A stretch of DNA of 63,832 bases, filler included, from Octopus bimaculoides (Eukaryota): NCBI RefSeq assembly GCF_001194135.2. It is 8 parts of 6 records of this genome, joined end to end, with 100 filler letters (N's around TTAATTAATTAA, not from the genome) between each part and the next. Parts side by side here need not be neighbours in the genome. Positions count along the whole stretch, not along the records: positions 9,034 to 16,557 come from NC_068996.1; positions 16,658 to 35,144 come from NC_069005.1; 6 more parts are not named here. One strand, given 5' to 3'. The translations under genes and the position numbers were made by a program. Numbering within the stretch: the first letter of the stretch is position 1; the number at the start of each line of letters is the position of its first letter. Positions 10,586 to 21,923 of the stretch are shown piece by piece. The notes under the pieces were generated by a model. The model saw only the letters and a program-made list of their open reading frames with translations, was not told the origin of the DNA and did no database searches.

Positions 10586-11129
10586 AATATACTAGATTAA
10601 GGCTTTTGATATTGACCACATGAAACGATACTCTTCATATTGGGGCAGCTGATATATGATAATTTCACAGATCATCTATTAAATATTTTCCTGTATCTGT
10701 GAGTGGCTGGAAAGTGTTTGTCTAGGAGAAACAAGAATCTTTTATCTATGTTAGTTTTTATATTAAGGGAAAAGGGAGGGACGAACCAAATAATTTTTCT
10801 TGGCCTATTTTTAGAGCTCATTATCATTATTCTGATTAATATTAGAGGGATTATATATCAATTTATCTTTTCAGCCACTATTGGCTATGGCATTGTTATG
10901 GTAGTGGGCTGCTTTCTCGGAATTTTTCTAGAAGAGAGGCTAGACACTGTTACTAATATTAGCTATCAGTTTTATAAATATTGCAGGAGGGTGAAAAAAC
11001 TGTTTATGTATATATATATGCGAGTTTCTCATAAATGGAAAGTCTTATAGAGGAGTTGTTCAGGTCTAGGGAAACATCTACATAATCAACTATAGACAGA
11101 TTAGTAGCTACTGTAATTTTAAGGCTTAA

Positions 11130-11790
11130 TTGATTAGAAATAGAAATAATTTGCAACCATAAATAATAATAGAACAGGCAAGAAGACCTATATTGGATTA
11201 TGTCAAAGTGAATTTAAAAATCTTTATGCCAATCACGTAACCTCCTTCCGATATAAGGATAAAAGTAAAGCTACTAAGTTGGCTAGCTACATATGGAGTG
11301 GAAAGATAAGGAAACACCACATGTAATTAAGCGGGAAATAATTGAGAAATCCATACTGTACGTTAATGGATCGAATAAATATGGGCTTTGGTTAGCTGAA
11401 AGAGTGGAGATTCTCTTCAGATTTATGATCCCTAACTCTCTACTGAACTCTAAATCTGAAATTTTCAGCAGTTGCAAGCATATATATAAATATAATTGGA
11501 AGAAATGGAAAATTCCACTTATTCTGATTAGCTTGTTGATATCTTTCCAGCCTTATAACTTAAGGCCTAAGGTGGATAACTCTTTTAACTATTTTACTTT
11601 TTATATTTTAGTTTTTGCGTTATCGCTTACCATTTTTTAACCTTCCGCGTTTTCTATATGCTGCCTTCTCGATTTATTCGCGTTTCTTCTCTTATTGAAA
11701 TTCTTTCGATTGTTTTTATTTGGTTTGTGACTGATGAATATGTTTGAGATATTTCTCAACATATGAAACTATTAGTAACACTTTAAAACA
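11130..11790 (+). mobile_element. PLE 3' end: GIY-YIG endonuclease C-terminus plus 3' pLTR region
   Basis: ATINNNRTGKKTYIGLCQSEFKNLYANHVTSFRYKDKSKATKLASYIW, frameshift, IKREIIEKSILYVNGSNKYGLWLAERVEIL...LLNSKSEIFSSCKH, followed by T-rich sequence and a hammerhead-like core. Confidence 0.8.
11725..11781 (+). ncRNA. Hammerhead ribozyme-like motif (type I, minimal stem III), slightly degenerate
   Basis: CTGATGA 11731-37; stem II ATATGTTTGAG/CTCAACATAT; GAAA 11765-68; stem III ACT-att-AGT; GTA cleavage triplet ending 11777; stem I GTG/CAC with the first pair mismatched (A-A). Confidence 0.6.
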
Positions 11791-11929
11791 TGTACTATGT
11801 CCTTTAAATGAATAATATCTATCTCTCACCAGATGGAGTTCTTTTATTATTGAATTTTTTTATCACGGAACAGTTCATTATACATATACAAGCACTCACG
11901 CAAAAAAACAAGCAATTACAGAGTTTCAG

Positions 11930-11963
<34 letters not shown>

Positions 11964-12522
11964 CAGAGTAGAGGAAATTGAAAAGGAAAATTCTAGGCAG
12001 TCAAACAGATTCCCGAATGCATAAATGAAGATATTCAATCAATGTAACTGAATCATACATATTTATACACATCAACATAAATCATGTATGTACAGGTGTA
12101 AAGATTCTCCAAGAGCGTAAAGAATAAAACCAAACACACATAAAAATATACAAGAAATATAAAAACATAAAAATACATATAAAAATTACATATAAATAAA
12201 GATGACATGTAAAGAGTTACGCGTGATAAATATAGGAGGTACAAAACGAATGAGAGGTTGATAAATATAGGCATAAAAACGTCAACCTTCAAAATGGCAA
12301 ACCACCTAAATCACCTAAAAAATCCTTATACGTCTAGGATATAAGATAGAAATGATGCAAGATAGCAAGGTTAAGAGAAATAAATAGGATCCAAAAATAG
12401 GAGGGTGTTCCATCTGCGGTCATTTTAGTGCTACATTACCGGTCAGGGTCAAAAATTAAATACTCCATATATGCAATGTCCCCATCATCAGGACGGTATC
12501 CTCCTTGGCGGCTACCATCGTA

Positions 12523-13945
12523 CTTCTTTTGTTTATTACCCATAAAGGGCTAAATATAGACGTTTTACAGCAAAAAAGACAATACAAAACATAAAATCGG
12601 GGAAATAAAAATACAAAAAGGAAACCGAGCAAAGAAGAAAAAAATAAAAGAAAAGAATGAAATTATGAAAAGTGATAAAATGAAGCGCAATACCCACTCG
12701 AACCCCGAAGTCGAGTGGTTACATTTACACATGATTTTTGACAGTCTTTCTTCTTTCTTTTTTAACATTTTTGAAAACAAATACTTCACATTTTCATCAT
12801 CATTTTTTTTTTCTATATTATTCATGTCTCTATTCTTCTTAATTCCTCATATTCCACAACCGTATCTTGTCAATCATACTTAACAATCCACCGTATATCT
12901 CCATAAATCCATCATACCTTTCATCATTCACCAGAATTCCTCTATCATTTCCGTCAAATTTCTCACCGCCATCAGTCTTTTCCACTTTGCTACTCTTCTT
13001 TCCACCTCCACATTTTTTTCGTAGATTATCAAGAATCCCTTATAATTACTTTCTTCTTGTTTTTTTTTTTTTTTCCACTGCTTGCGTATGTTTAGGTTTA
13101 GGTTGTTCCCTGCCTTTTTAGGACGTCCTCTCGGTTTCTGTTGCTGGTCCCGGTGAATGTTCTCTTGATTTAACCTTCTTTCTTCTTTGGGTGCTGACAA
13201 ACCCGTCACTCCCCTCCTTTGCCGCTTTCGTTCTGTCTTCCTCAATCTTTTTTTTTTTTTGTTCTCTTTTGCATCTCTGACGCACTCTACATCGCTTTTG
13301 TCTTTCCTTGTTTCAGTTGTCTCTTCCATCTCCTTTTCCTTTTCCTCTACATTCTCGCTCTGAGTATGTTAGAACTTGAGACACTCTGTCTTGATATGAC
13401 CCCTCACTCCACATATATAACAATTGGGTCGACATCCCTCTACAACAACCTTCAGCGTACTTTCTTCTGCAATCTCAATCTGGTAGGGGATTCGCTCTAT
13501 ATCTTCAAATGTGGCAAAAAAGCCACATCTCGATCCCGAATCCCCACCCGTTTAACGTATTTGTCTCTCCTATCGGTCCCAGTTCTGGATTGTCTTCAGA
13601 GGCAGCCAGAATAGCTTCCACCAACCACTCTGTTTTGATTTCGGATGGCACTCTCGCTACTCTGACTCGAACATTGCGCTTTCTCCTATATGTGAGTAAC
13701 TGCGCTACCTTGCTCGACCTCAGAATGGTGGTGGAATGTGAGGCCGCCTCTTCTTTAATGGCAAAACTCACCTCCACCGTGCCGTATCTTCTTCCTCTAC
13801 CAATAAAAGTAACCTTCTTCGTTATGTCTCCTAGACACTCCTCGGTATCGTTCTCTGACAATTTCTCTATCTTGCTGGTGGCGACCGCTTGTGTGCGGTA
13901 CATCACCGTCCTGTTGCTCTTATCTTTCACTGTCTCCTGAAATGC
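12523..13945 (-). mobile_element. L1/Tx1-type ORF1-only (HAL1-like) retroelement, 5'-truncated, frameshifted
   Basis: RRM-like ORF1 region (TVMYRT...GRGRRYGTVEVSF...RVARVPSEIKTEWLVEAIL); intact zinc knuckle CYICGVRGHIKTEC (13422-13381); basic K/E-rich stretch; then hairpin, T-rich tract and TAGCCCTTTATGGGTAATAAACAAAAG 3' end. No endonuclease or RT between ORF1 and the tail. Confidence 0.7.
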
Positions 13946-14028
13946 CAACTCGACTTCGCGGTGTCGAGTGAGCATTGCGCTTCATTTTTATCATGATTTT
14001 TGACAGTTTTTTCCGTTTCTAAAACAGG

Positions 14029-15523
14029 ATGGACAAGGAAATGGAGAAAAAGAATTATGCAGCGGCGGTTAGAGAAAAAATTGAAGAAATCGATCTGGAA
14101 GAGTTGAGTGAGGAAATGCTTGAAAGGGATGGGAACGTTGTGAAGATGTTCCCCCACTAATGTTTTAATGGACAAGGAAAAAAGTGACGATTGTCTATAG
14201 AACCTACGCTACAGTAATAAGGAAAATTGAAGTAGTGTCGGAGGCACAGGTGGAAAAGGCACTGAGGTCTGTCTGGCAGGATATAGTATGCCTTGACAGA
14301 GGACGAAAATATGGAACGGTGAAGGTGCAGTTTAAGGAGATGGCAACTTCCAGACTGTACTCAGCCACCCCGCTGAAGACAGACGAGGTGGTGCTTCTAC
14401 CCATGTACCTTGGGAGGCCTTCCAAGGTTCGGACGGAAGATATACCACCAGAAGTGAATGTAGCCTGGCTGATGGTTGCCATACTGCTGGACATGGAGGA
14501 AAATGTGGTGGTCCTGCAGGCCAACATAACGCCTCAAAGGAATTGCAAAGGACAAACCCTTGAAATGATGGTACATGTCGCGGAGGAGGTCCTGGAAAAG
14601 ATGGAAGTAAATATCTTAATGGGTGAAACTACTTTGAAAGTTTGAGTGGAGGGAAGAATTCCGCGGTGCTATAAATATGGCCTAAAAGCCTACATTAGAG
14701 CGGAATGCCCTCCACCACTGGAAAAGGAGAGTGAAAGAGTGGTAAGTGTTCCAGAGCCCGTGGGGGAAAAGGACATGACCATCGAGGAAGAAGAGACAAA
14801 TGACAGCTGGGAGATAGCAGAGAAGAAGAAAAGAAAAAGAAGAAAGAGGACACCCAACCCGCACCCGACCCCCACCAACACCCACTCTAACCCAACCACT
14901 CCCTACAGATAGCAACAATCCTCATGCCCAGTTTGACAAAAAACAATTGCAAACACACAGCAGCCTCAAAGTTACCCATCCCCGCCCTGGAAGGAAAAAT
15001 ATGTATTGGTGTATAATGGACAGAATAAGGAATTAGATAACGAGGTAAATTAGTGGAACGGAATAGACAAGGTGGATATAGCAGGTGTAAAGGGTGTGCC
15101 CGAGAATGATTATTGCGTGCTGACGGACCTGGATAACCTGAAGAAGGTGCCCGAGTATATGAAAAACTATGACTGCGAGTGGTGGTCAAAAAAAATAGAC
15201 ACCATCACAATGCCGGAACGAATAAGGTACGTGGACATTTTAAAGAAATATAATATAGATATTTTGAAAAAAGATGTGGATTAATTATTGTAAAATGTAA
15301 ATAAGTGTCTTCTAAAGTTGGTTGCTAATGGAAATTCAAATGGTGTTGCAAAGGCTTCAATGAAGTCGCCCAGGGGTGGGGCCGAGCGACTTCATTTCAT
15401 CCTTCATTATATAATTTCATTAATTCCATCCGATTTTTTTTTCTGTTTTTTTTTTTTGTCCCCACCTTATGCTGTCCCGCCTGTGTAAGGCCTTTATGGC
15501 CAATTTTCATGAAATAAAGAAAC
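14029..15523 (+). mobile_element. Second, diverged L1/Tx1-type ORF1-only (HAL1-like) retroelement
   Basis: Starts MDKEMEKKNYAAAVREK; homologous RRM-like blocks (TIVYRT, DRGRKYGTVKVQF, DIPPEVNVAWLMVAIL); decayed knuckle EGRIPRCYKYGLKAYIRAEC (14667-14708); last frame stops at 15284; hairpin 15359-15396; GGCCTTTATGGCC then AATAAA at 15513-15518. Several stops and frameshifts. Confidence 0.7.
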
Positions 15524-16242
15524 TTGCTTCCCAACCACATAGTCGCAGGTTTAGTCCCACTGCGCGGAAGCTTGGGCAAGTGCCTTCTTCTACAGTCTCG
15601 GGTCGATTAAAGCCTTGTGAGTAGATTTAGTAGCTAGAAAATGAAAGAAGCCCGTTGTATATATATATATAGAAAAAAAATTTTAAGGTACTCAGAAATC
15701 TGGATGTTTGTACATTTACAGATTTTTATTAATGTCACATATTAAATAAAGCGCTTTTCACCTAGTCGTGTAGGATTTTCAAATTGTTTTGAAAATTGTT
15801 TTGAAATTATATATATATGTATGATGATGGGATGCTTGTGTCTGTGTTTGTCCCCCAACACCGCTTGACAATTGCTTTTGGTTTGTATACGCCCCGTAAC
15901 TTAACGGTCGGCAAAAAGAGACTGATAAAATAAGTACCAGGCTTAAAACAAAAAATTGAAATGATAAAGTACTGGGGCCGATTCATTTGACTAAACATTC
16001 TTCAAGGTGGCCGCAATCTAATGACTGAAACAGATAAAAGATAAGAGGTCTATCTTTCTAATCTATTCATCTATCTATCTATTTGTCTGTCTGTCTATTT
16101 ATCTATCTATATTTCAATCTAACTTTCTATCTAACTTCCCATCTATTTGTTTACCTACCTGTCTAATTATCTATTTATCTATGTCTTTCTATCTGTCTAT
16201 CTATCTATTTGTCTGTCTCTCTATCTGTCTACCTGTCTATCT

Positions 16243-16557
16243 CCAAAAGCACATCGAGCTTGTCGGCGAGACACTGAGAGACTACGAAGCGGTAACGGGA
16301 GCGAAAATCAACCGGGATAAGTCAGTGGGCTTGCGGCTCGGCACCTGGAGAAGCAACCCCATGCCGTCAAGTAGCGCCTCCGTCGTGGGACGTTGGACTG
16401 ACGGTCCGGTTGAGATGCTCGGGGTCTGGTTTGGTCCAGACCTCCAAACGGAGAAGAACTGGGACGAGATAACGAGAAGAGTGGCCACTCTAGCCCGGCA
16501 ATGGGCCGAGAGGAAGCTTTCCCTGAAAGGTCGGGCGGAGGTGGCGAACACGTACAT
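16243..16557 (+). mobile_element. Tx1/L1-clade LINE ORF2 reverse transcriptase fragment (post-catalytic region), cut by the assembly spacer
   Basis: YEAVTGAKINRDKSVGLRLG...VEMLGVWFG...NWDEITRRV...WAERKLSLKGRAEVAN is the typical L1/Tx1 RT thumb region. Confidence 0.85.
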
Positions 16558-16681
16558 NNNNNNNNNNNNNNNNNNNNNNNNNNNNNNNNNNNNNNNNNNN
16601 NTTAATTAATTAANNNNNNNNNNNNNNNNNNNNNNNNNNNNNNNNNNNNNNNNNNNNGAAGTTGGCCTAACCCAAAGAAAT

Positions 16682-16920
16682 GAGGAGGGGGAGGAGGAGG
16701 AGGAGGAGGGGGAAGAAGAAGAAGAAGAAGAAGAAGAAGAAGAAGAAGAAGAAGACGAGAAGGAGCAGGAGGAAGAGGATGAAGAGGAGGAGGAAGAGGA
16801 TGAAGTGGAGGATGAAGTGGAGGATGAAGAGGAGGATGAGTAAGAAGAGTAAGAGGAGGAGTAAAAGGGGGAGTAAGAGGAGGAAAAGGAGAAAGAGGAT
16901 GATGATGTGGAGGAGGAGTA
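16682..16920. repeat. GAG/GAA/GAT trinucleotide low-complexity tract
   Basis: (GAA)n and (GAG)n with interspersed TAA. Confidence 0.9.
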
Positions 16921-17116
16921 AGAGGTTTTTTTTACTGGAATGATAACCTTATTTGTTGACCCAGATTGTGTGAAAATCAAATTAACCTCAGTAGGATTTG
17001 ATCTTAGATCCAAGTGCAGACAACTGAAATGGATATCACAAGACCACTCGGTTTATATATGTATGGTATACATACCTACCTACCTACCTACATACATTCA
17101 TACATACATGTGTATT

Positions 17117-17163
<47 letters not shown>

Positions 17164-17373
17164 ACACTCCCACATATATACATACATGCACATTCACACA
17201 CTCTGTCACACACGTACATATATTCACGCTGATGCAAACATTTATATGTATTTGCGGACGCAAGTATACATGTATATATGTTTATATTCATTATGTTATC
17301 AACGTGTATAAACATGCATAAATGCACACTTGCGACCGCAAATACATATAAGTGCATACGTATATGTATGCAC

Positions 17374-17413
<40 letters not shown>

Positions 17414-17480
17414 TGGGAAAAAAAGAGAGATTGGGAGTATTTCTGGAACACTGTAGTTATTAAGTTATTAAAATCCCTTA

Positions 17481-17797
17481 TTTAAAAATCATATCTTCAA
17501 AAAGTCAGTAAGCCATTTAAAACGCCATGGATGATACAAAATAATTCATTTTTTCACTGTCTCACATTTAAATTCGTTTCTAACTCTTAAATATAAAGGT
17601 TTTATGCTCTATAAACCAACCTGTTAATGTATATAATGTGTAAATAGGATTTAAGATTTATAAATTTCATAGAGCATAATGCCTGAATATTTTAGAAGTA
17701 AAAAAATTTAATGTGAAGCACGGACAAGCTATATTATTTTGCATCTACCATGGTATTTGAAACCATGTACTAACGTTTTGAAGATATGGATTTTAAA
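17481..17797. mobile_element. Old long-TIR (about 140 bp arms) fold-back MITE
   Basis: Successive inverted blocks ATATCTTCAAAA/TTTTGAAGATAT, CCATGG..CAAAATAAT/ATTATTTTG..CCATGG, CACATT/AATGTG and TTATGCTCTAT/ATAGAGCATAA. Confidence 0.7.
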
Positions 17798-18424
17798 ATC
17801 ATATGGAATTTTAAATTGCCACACCGTTTCATTGTATACTGTGAAGTATATAACGAGCTGACAGAATCGTTAATGGGGTCGGACAAAATACTTAGCATTT
17901 TCCAACGTTCTGAGTTCAAATACCGTCGTGGTCGACTTTACCGTTACTCCTTTAGGGATCGATAAAATAAGTATCAGTTGAATACTGGGGTCGATGTAAT
18001 CGACTCCCCTCCGCCCCATTCCTGGTCTTGTGCCTATAGTAGAAAGAATTATATGCTGCCCATAAGGCGCCGAGATGGAAGAGTTCTTAACAGCCTGCAC
18101 AGTATTATTCTTTGCGTTCTGAGTTGAAATTCTGCCGGGATTGACTTAGCGTTTTATTCTTTCGGTGTCGATAAAATAAATACCAGTCGATCACCGGAGT
18201 CCATGTTATCGATTTAACCTCTCCTGTAAAATTATTGGTCTTGTACTGTAAATTTTAACTCATTGTATATTGTCAGTAAACTTAGCGTGAAATATGAGGC
18301 GGCAGAATTGTTAGCACACCGGGCAAATTGCTTCTGAGTTCGATATAATTGACTATGCCCCTTTCCTAAAATCCCAGGCCTTATAGTAGAAAGGATAATG
18401 CTATGTAATTTAAATATGTGACTC

Positions 18425-18790
18425 CGTGATCGTATACGGTTGGCTAGCTGTCAAAACATTATGGCCCATGAGAATGAAACTACTATTATGATTGGTTGTG
18501 CCAGAGGAGATATTTTCGTTGAACGCATTCTTCTCAATCCATGAGATATGCCTGATCAGTCCAAGAGCCCAGACTTTACAATGAAACTGTCATATGAGTT
18601 TCAAAAAGTCTCTGAAACAAATCTTCGGGGGTGCGGAAGTTGAACTGACAACTCCATGTTTCTCTGATGGTCAGATACATGTTACATGTTAATGTATTAG
18701 GACATAGACATCTTTTCATCAGAACCGCGAACAGTAGAACAAAAAATGCTGTATACCTCAAAACACTTGATGGACAAAACACATTCCTTT
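18425..18790 (+). mobile_element. Helitron PIF1-type helicase C-terminal relic
   Basis: ETTIMIGCARGDIFVERILLNP*DMP...FTMKLSY then ELTTPCFSDGQIHVTC, and RTKNAVY. Compare the family pattern ATILTG..G..VFIPRIP...PCFSHGQLYVA. Confidence 0.75.
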
Positions 18791-19560
18791 TAAAACTGGT
18801 CTTGTTTTGCATATCATTTGAGACTTGCAAAGAAATTATAAAGATTATGTTTTCTTAAGTCATAAATTTAAAATGTCTCACACATTAATGTCTCACACAT
18901 CATAGAAAGCTGGAAAAAAATCAGCTATAAACTCGTATTTGCATTACAATATATCAAAATAATATATCTAAACATAATAGCTTAAAATTTCGGCAGAAGG
19001 TCAGTAATTATGAAGTAAAGAGTAAGTTGACTACATCTACCCCAGAGTTCAACTGGTATTTATTTTATCGAGTCCGAAAGGATGAAAGGCAAAGTCGACC
19101 TCGACAGAATTTTAACTCAGAACGTAAAGTACCGTTAGAAAGCTCGTAAAGCATTTTAACCGGCTCGGCTAACGATTTTGCCATAAAAACAACAAACACT
19201 CATAAAAATCATAACAAATAATTTAAGGTTATGTATAAAAATAAATTTGTTTCGATGTATTCGGACCCCAAGCAACGGCAGACATTTCTGTTCGTTTGTG
19301 TGTGTGTGTTTTGTCTGTATGCATGTGTGTGCATGTTTGTGATTGTTTGTGTGCGTGTGCTTGTGGTTGTTTGTGTGCTGGTGAGTGTATGATTGGGAAA
19401 TTATTTGTGTGTGAGTATGTGTATGTGTGTGATCGTAGGCGTGGGCTTGCGAGCGCGTGGCTAGAGATAAATGAGGGGAAAATATTCGAAGGACAGGAGT
19501 AAAAGTGGAAGGAGAGTGAATTAGTAACAGGGAAAGGGAGTAGGAAAAAGATGTAGAGGG

Positions 19561-19562
<2 letters not shown>

Positions 19563-19638
<76 letters not shown>
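19563..19638. repeat. (GA)n microsatellite
   Basis: Direct reading. Many other microsatellites (TA, CA, TACA, TAGA, ATC, ATT) occur throughout, e.g. 5401-5450, 20483-20570, 29299-29366, 31660-31740, 60500-60850. Confidence 0.95.
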
Positions 19639-19642
<4 letters not shown>

Positions 19643-20517
19643 GTGAGAAAAAAGGTCGAAAAATCGAAGTGACTTCGATAGATGGAAATGGGAATATCTT
19701 AGAGGTGAAGGAAAAGGGAGACTGAAAGAATGAAAGAGGGGGATGAAGATGAAGACGATAGAGCAGCGTTCATGTTCAACTTTCCGCCATGGTGAGTTTT
19801 ATGAGGAGAACAGCCATTAACGCGTGTAACCGACTAAAAGTGCAAAAGGAATATGCATGGAATATATTATTGAGTGCAAGTGTTCTCATGCCAGTGATCG
19901 TAAACCTGTGACGCAGTATCGATGTTTAATCTGTTGTAGATTGTAGGGGGTCAAATAAGAAATTGGCAGATGAGGGTTGAACGTTAAGATAGATTGCCGT
20001 TCGATGTTTGAGCTTGAGATCTGAGTTCAAACACTACTGATGTTTAACTTCGCCGTTTACACTTTTCGTTCAGTTTACAATTGAAGAAACAGTCATGAAC
20101 TGACGATGATACCATTCACTTGCTTTCTCTGTCTCGCAATTGAACCTGCAAGGTCGAAGGATCAGTCCTCTTTCTCTATAAGAACAGATACACACACGCC
20201 CGCGAGCGCGTACGCACACACACACAGAGGGTGGGCCAAAACTCACCACCCAAAACGTTTTCACATATTAATGTAATAAGTTGGTATTACTATTTCTAAG
20301 GTATCGAGCAGGCACAATCGTTAGCACGCCAAGTAAGAAACCTAGCGACATTTCTTCTGTCATTACGCTCTGAGTTCAAATTCCGCCGAAGGCAACTTTG
20401 CCTTTCATTCTTTTGGAGTCGATGAAATAGGAACCAGTTTAACACTGGGATCGATCTAATCGACTAGCGTTTAGCAGAATATTATTATTATTAATATTAT
20501 TATTATTATTATTGTTG

Positions 20518-20570
<53 letters not shown>

Positions 20571-21004
20571 TTTACTCATTTAGCTCATCATGTACAAGTA
20601 CGTGTTAATTCATCATTATTATATTTATTTTATTCAATTTTAGAAAAACTGAAGCTTGTCTTTGACAATTCCGGAGCGTATTGGATGTATTTTGTGTGCA
20701 AATTTNNNNNNNNNNNNNNNNNNNNNNNNNNNNNNNNNNNNNNNNNNNNNNNNNNNNNNNNNNNNNNNNNNNNNNNNNNNNNNNNNNNNNNNNNNNNNNN
20801 NNNNNNNNNNNNNNNNNNNNNNNNNNNNNNNNNNNNNNNNNNNNNNNNNNNNNNNNNNNNNNNNNNNNNNNNNNNNNNNNNNNNNNNNNNNNNNNNNNNN
20901 NNNNNNNNNNNNNNNNNNNNNNNNNNNNNNNNNNNNNNNNNNNNNNNNNNNNNNNNNNNNNNNNNNNNNNNNNNNNNNNNNNNNNNNNNNNNNNNNNNNN
21001 NNNN

Positions 21005-21923
21005 CTACTGGTTAAAATTCTATTTATTTGTGCATTGCATTTAAATTGAAGTAATGGTTGCATTGTTCAATGAAATGGAGCTGCTTGAGACGGTCGTACT
21101 GCATCACTACTTCAAGAATTCTATTTTAAAATCATTTTGGAATCTATTTTGTTTTGTTTTTTCTGCTAGTTAATTTTAGTTAATTTTTGTTTATTTTCAG
21201 ATCATTTAAATGGAATGTCAAGTTAAGAAAAACGAGCATTTTCGACACCTCCTTCCTTTTGCTTTTAACCAAGGTTCTAAGGCCGCAAAAGCTGCTCGCG
21301 ACATTTGTGCTGTGTGTGGAGAGGGTGCCATAGCTGAAAGAACCGCTCGTGTTTGGTATGGCAAGTTCAAAAATGGAAATTTTGACTTCAAAGACGCGCC
21401 TCGTTCTAGCCGTCCAGTTGAGTTCGACGAAGAGCAATTAAACCAACTTTTGCACAAAAATTCTCGTCAAACGACAAAGGAACTGGCAGAGAAAATGGAA
21501 TGCTCCCACACTACTATAGACAAGCATCTTCACTCGATGGGAAAGGTTCAGAAGTATGGAGTATGAATTCCGCATACTTTAAGTGACAACAACAAAAATC
21601 AACGAGCCACAATCTCCGCTTGTTTGCTTCCTCGTCACCGCTCAACTCATGGACACAAGCAACGATTTCTTTACCGAATCGTTACTGGCGACGAAAAATT
21701 GTGCTTGTACATCAATATGAAGCAGCGTAAGGAATAGCTTAGCCCCGGTAAACAAGCGACACCGCGCGTGAAACAAGATCTTCATCCGCGAAAAGGAGGA
21801 TGTTGTGCGTATGGTGGGACTAGGAAGGGATTATCCATTACGAATTGCTTGAACGGAACTAGACGGTCAACGCGCAACTCTATGTTCAACAGATGGAACG
21901 ACTCAACACGGCTGTTCAAGAGA
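21005..21923 (+). mobile_element. Mariner transposase pseudogene (both ends in gaps)
   Basis: MECQVKKNEHFRH...HTH region, GV*IPH (WVPHEL motif with stop at 21564-66), RIVTGDEK (first catalytic Asp), second W-to-stop near 21736, frameshift, GIIHYELL...TVNAQLY. TIRs not seen. Confidence 0.9.

Noticed and set aside
12430-12495. CTGATGA (minus) beyond the ORF1-only element tail
   Set aside because: No GAAA at a compatible position and no stem pairing.
16658-16943. Acidic poly-E or basic poly-K/R protein exon
   Set aside because: The E-rich frame has several TAA stops; simple trinucleotide repeat with no splice support.
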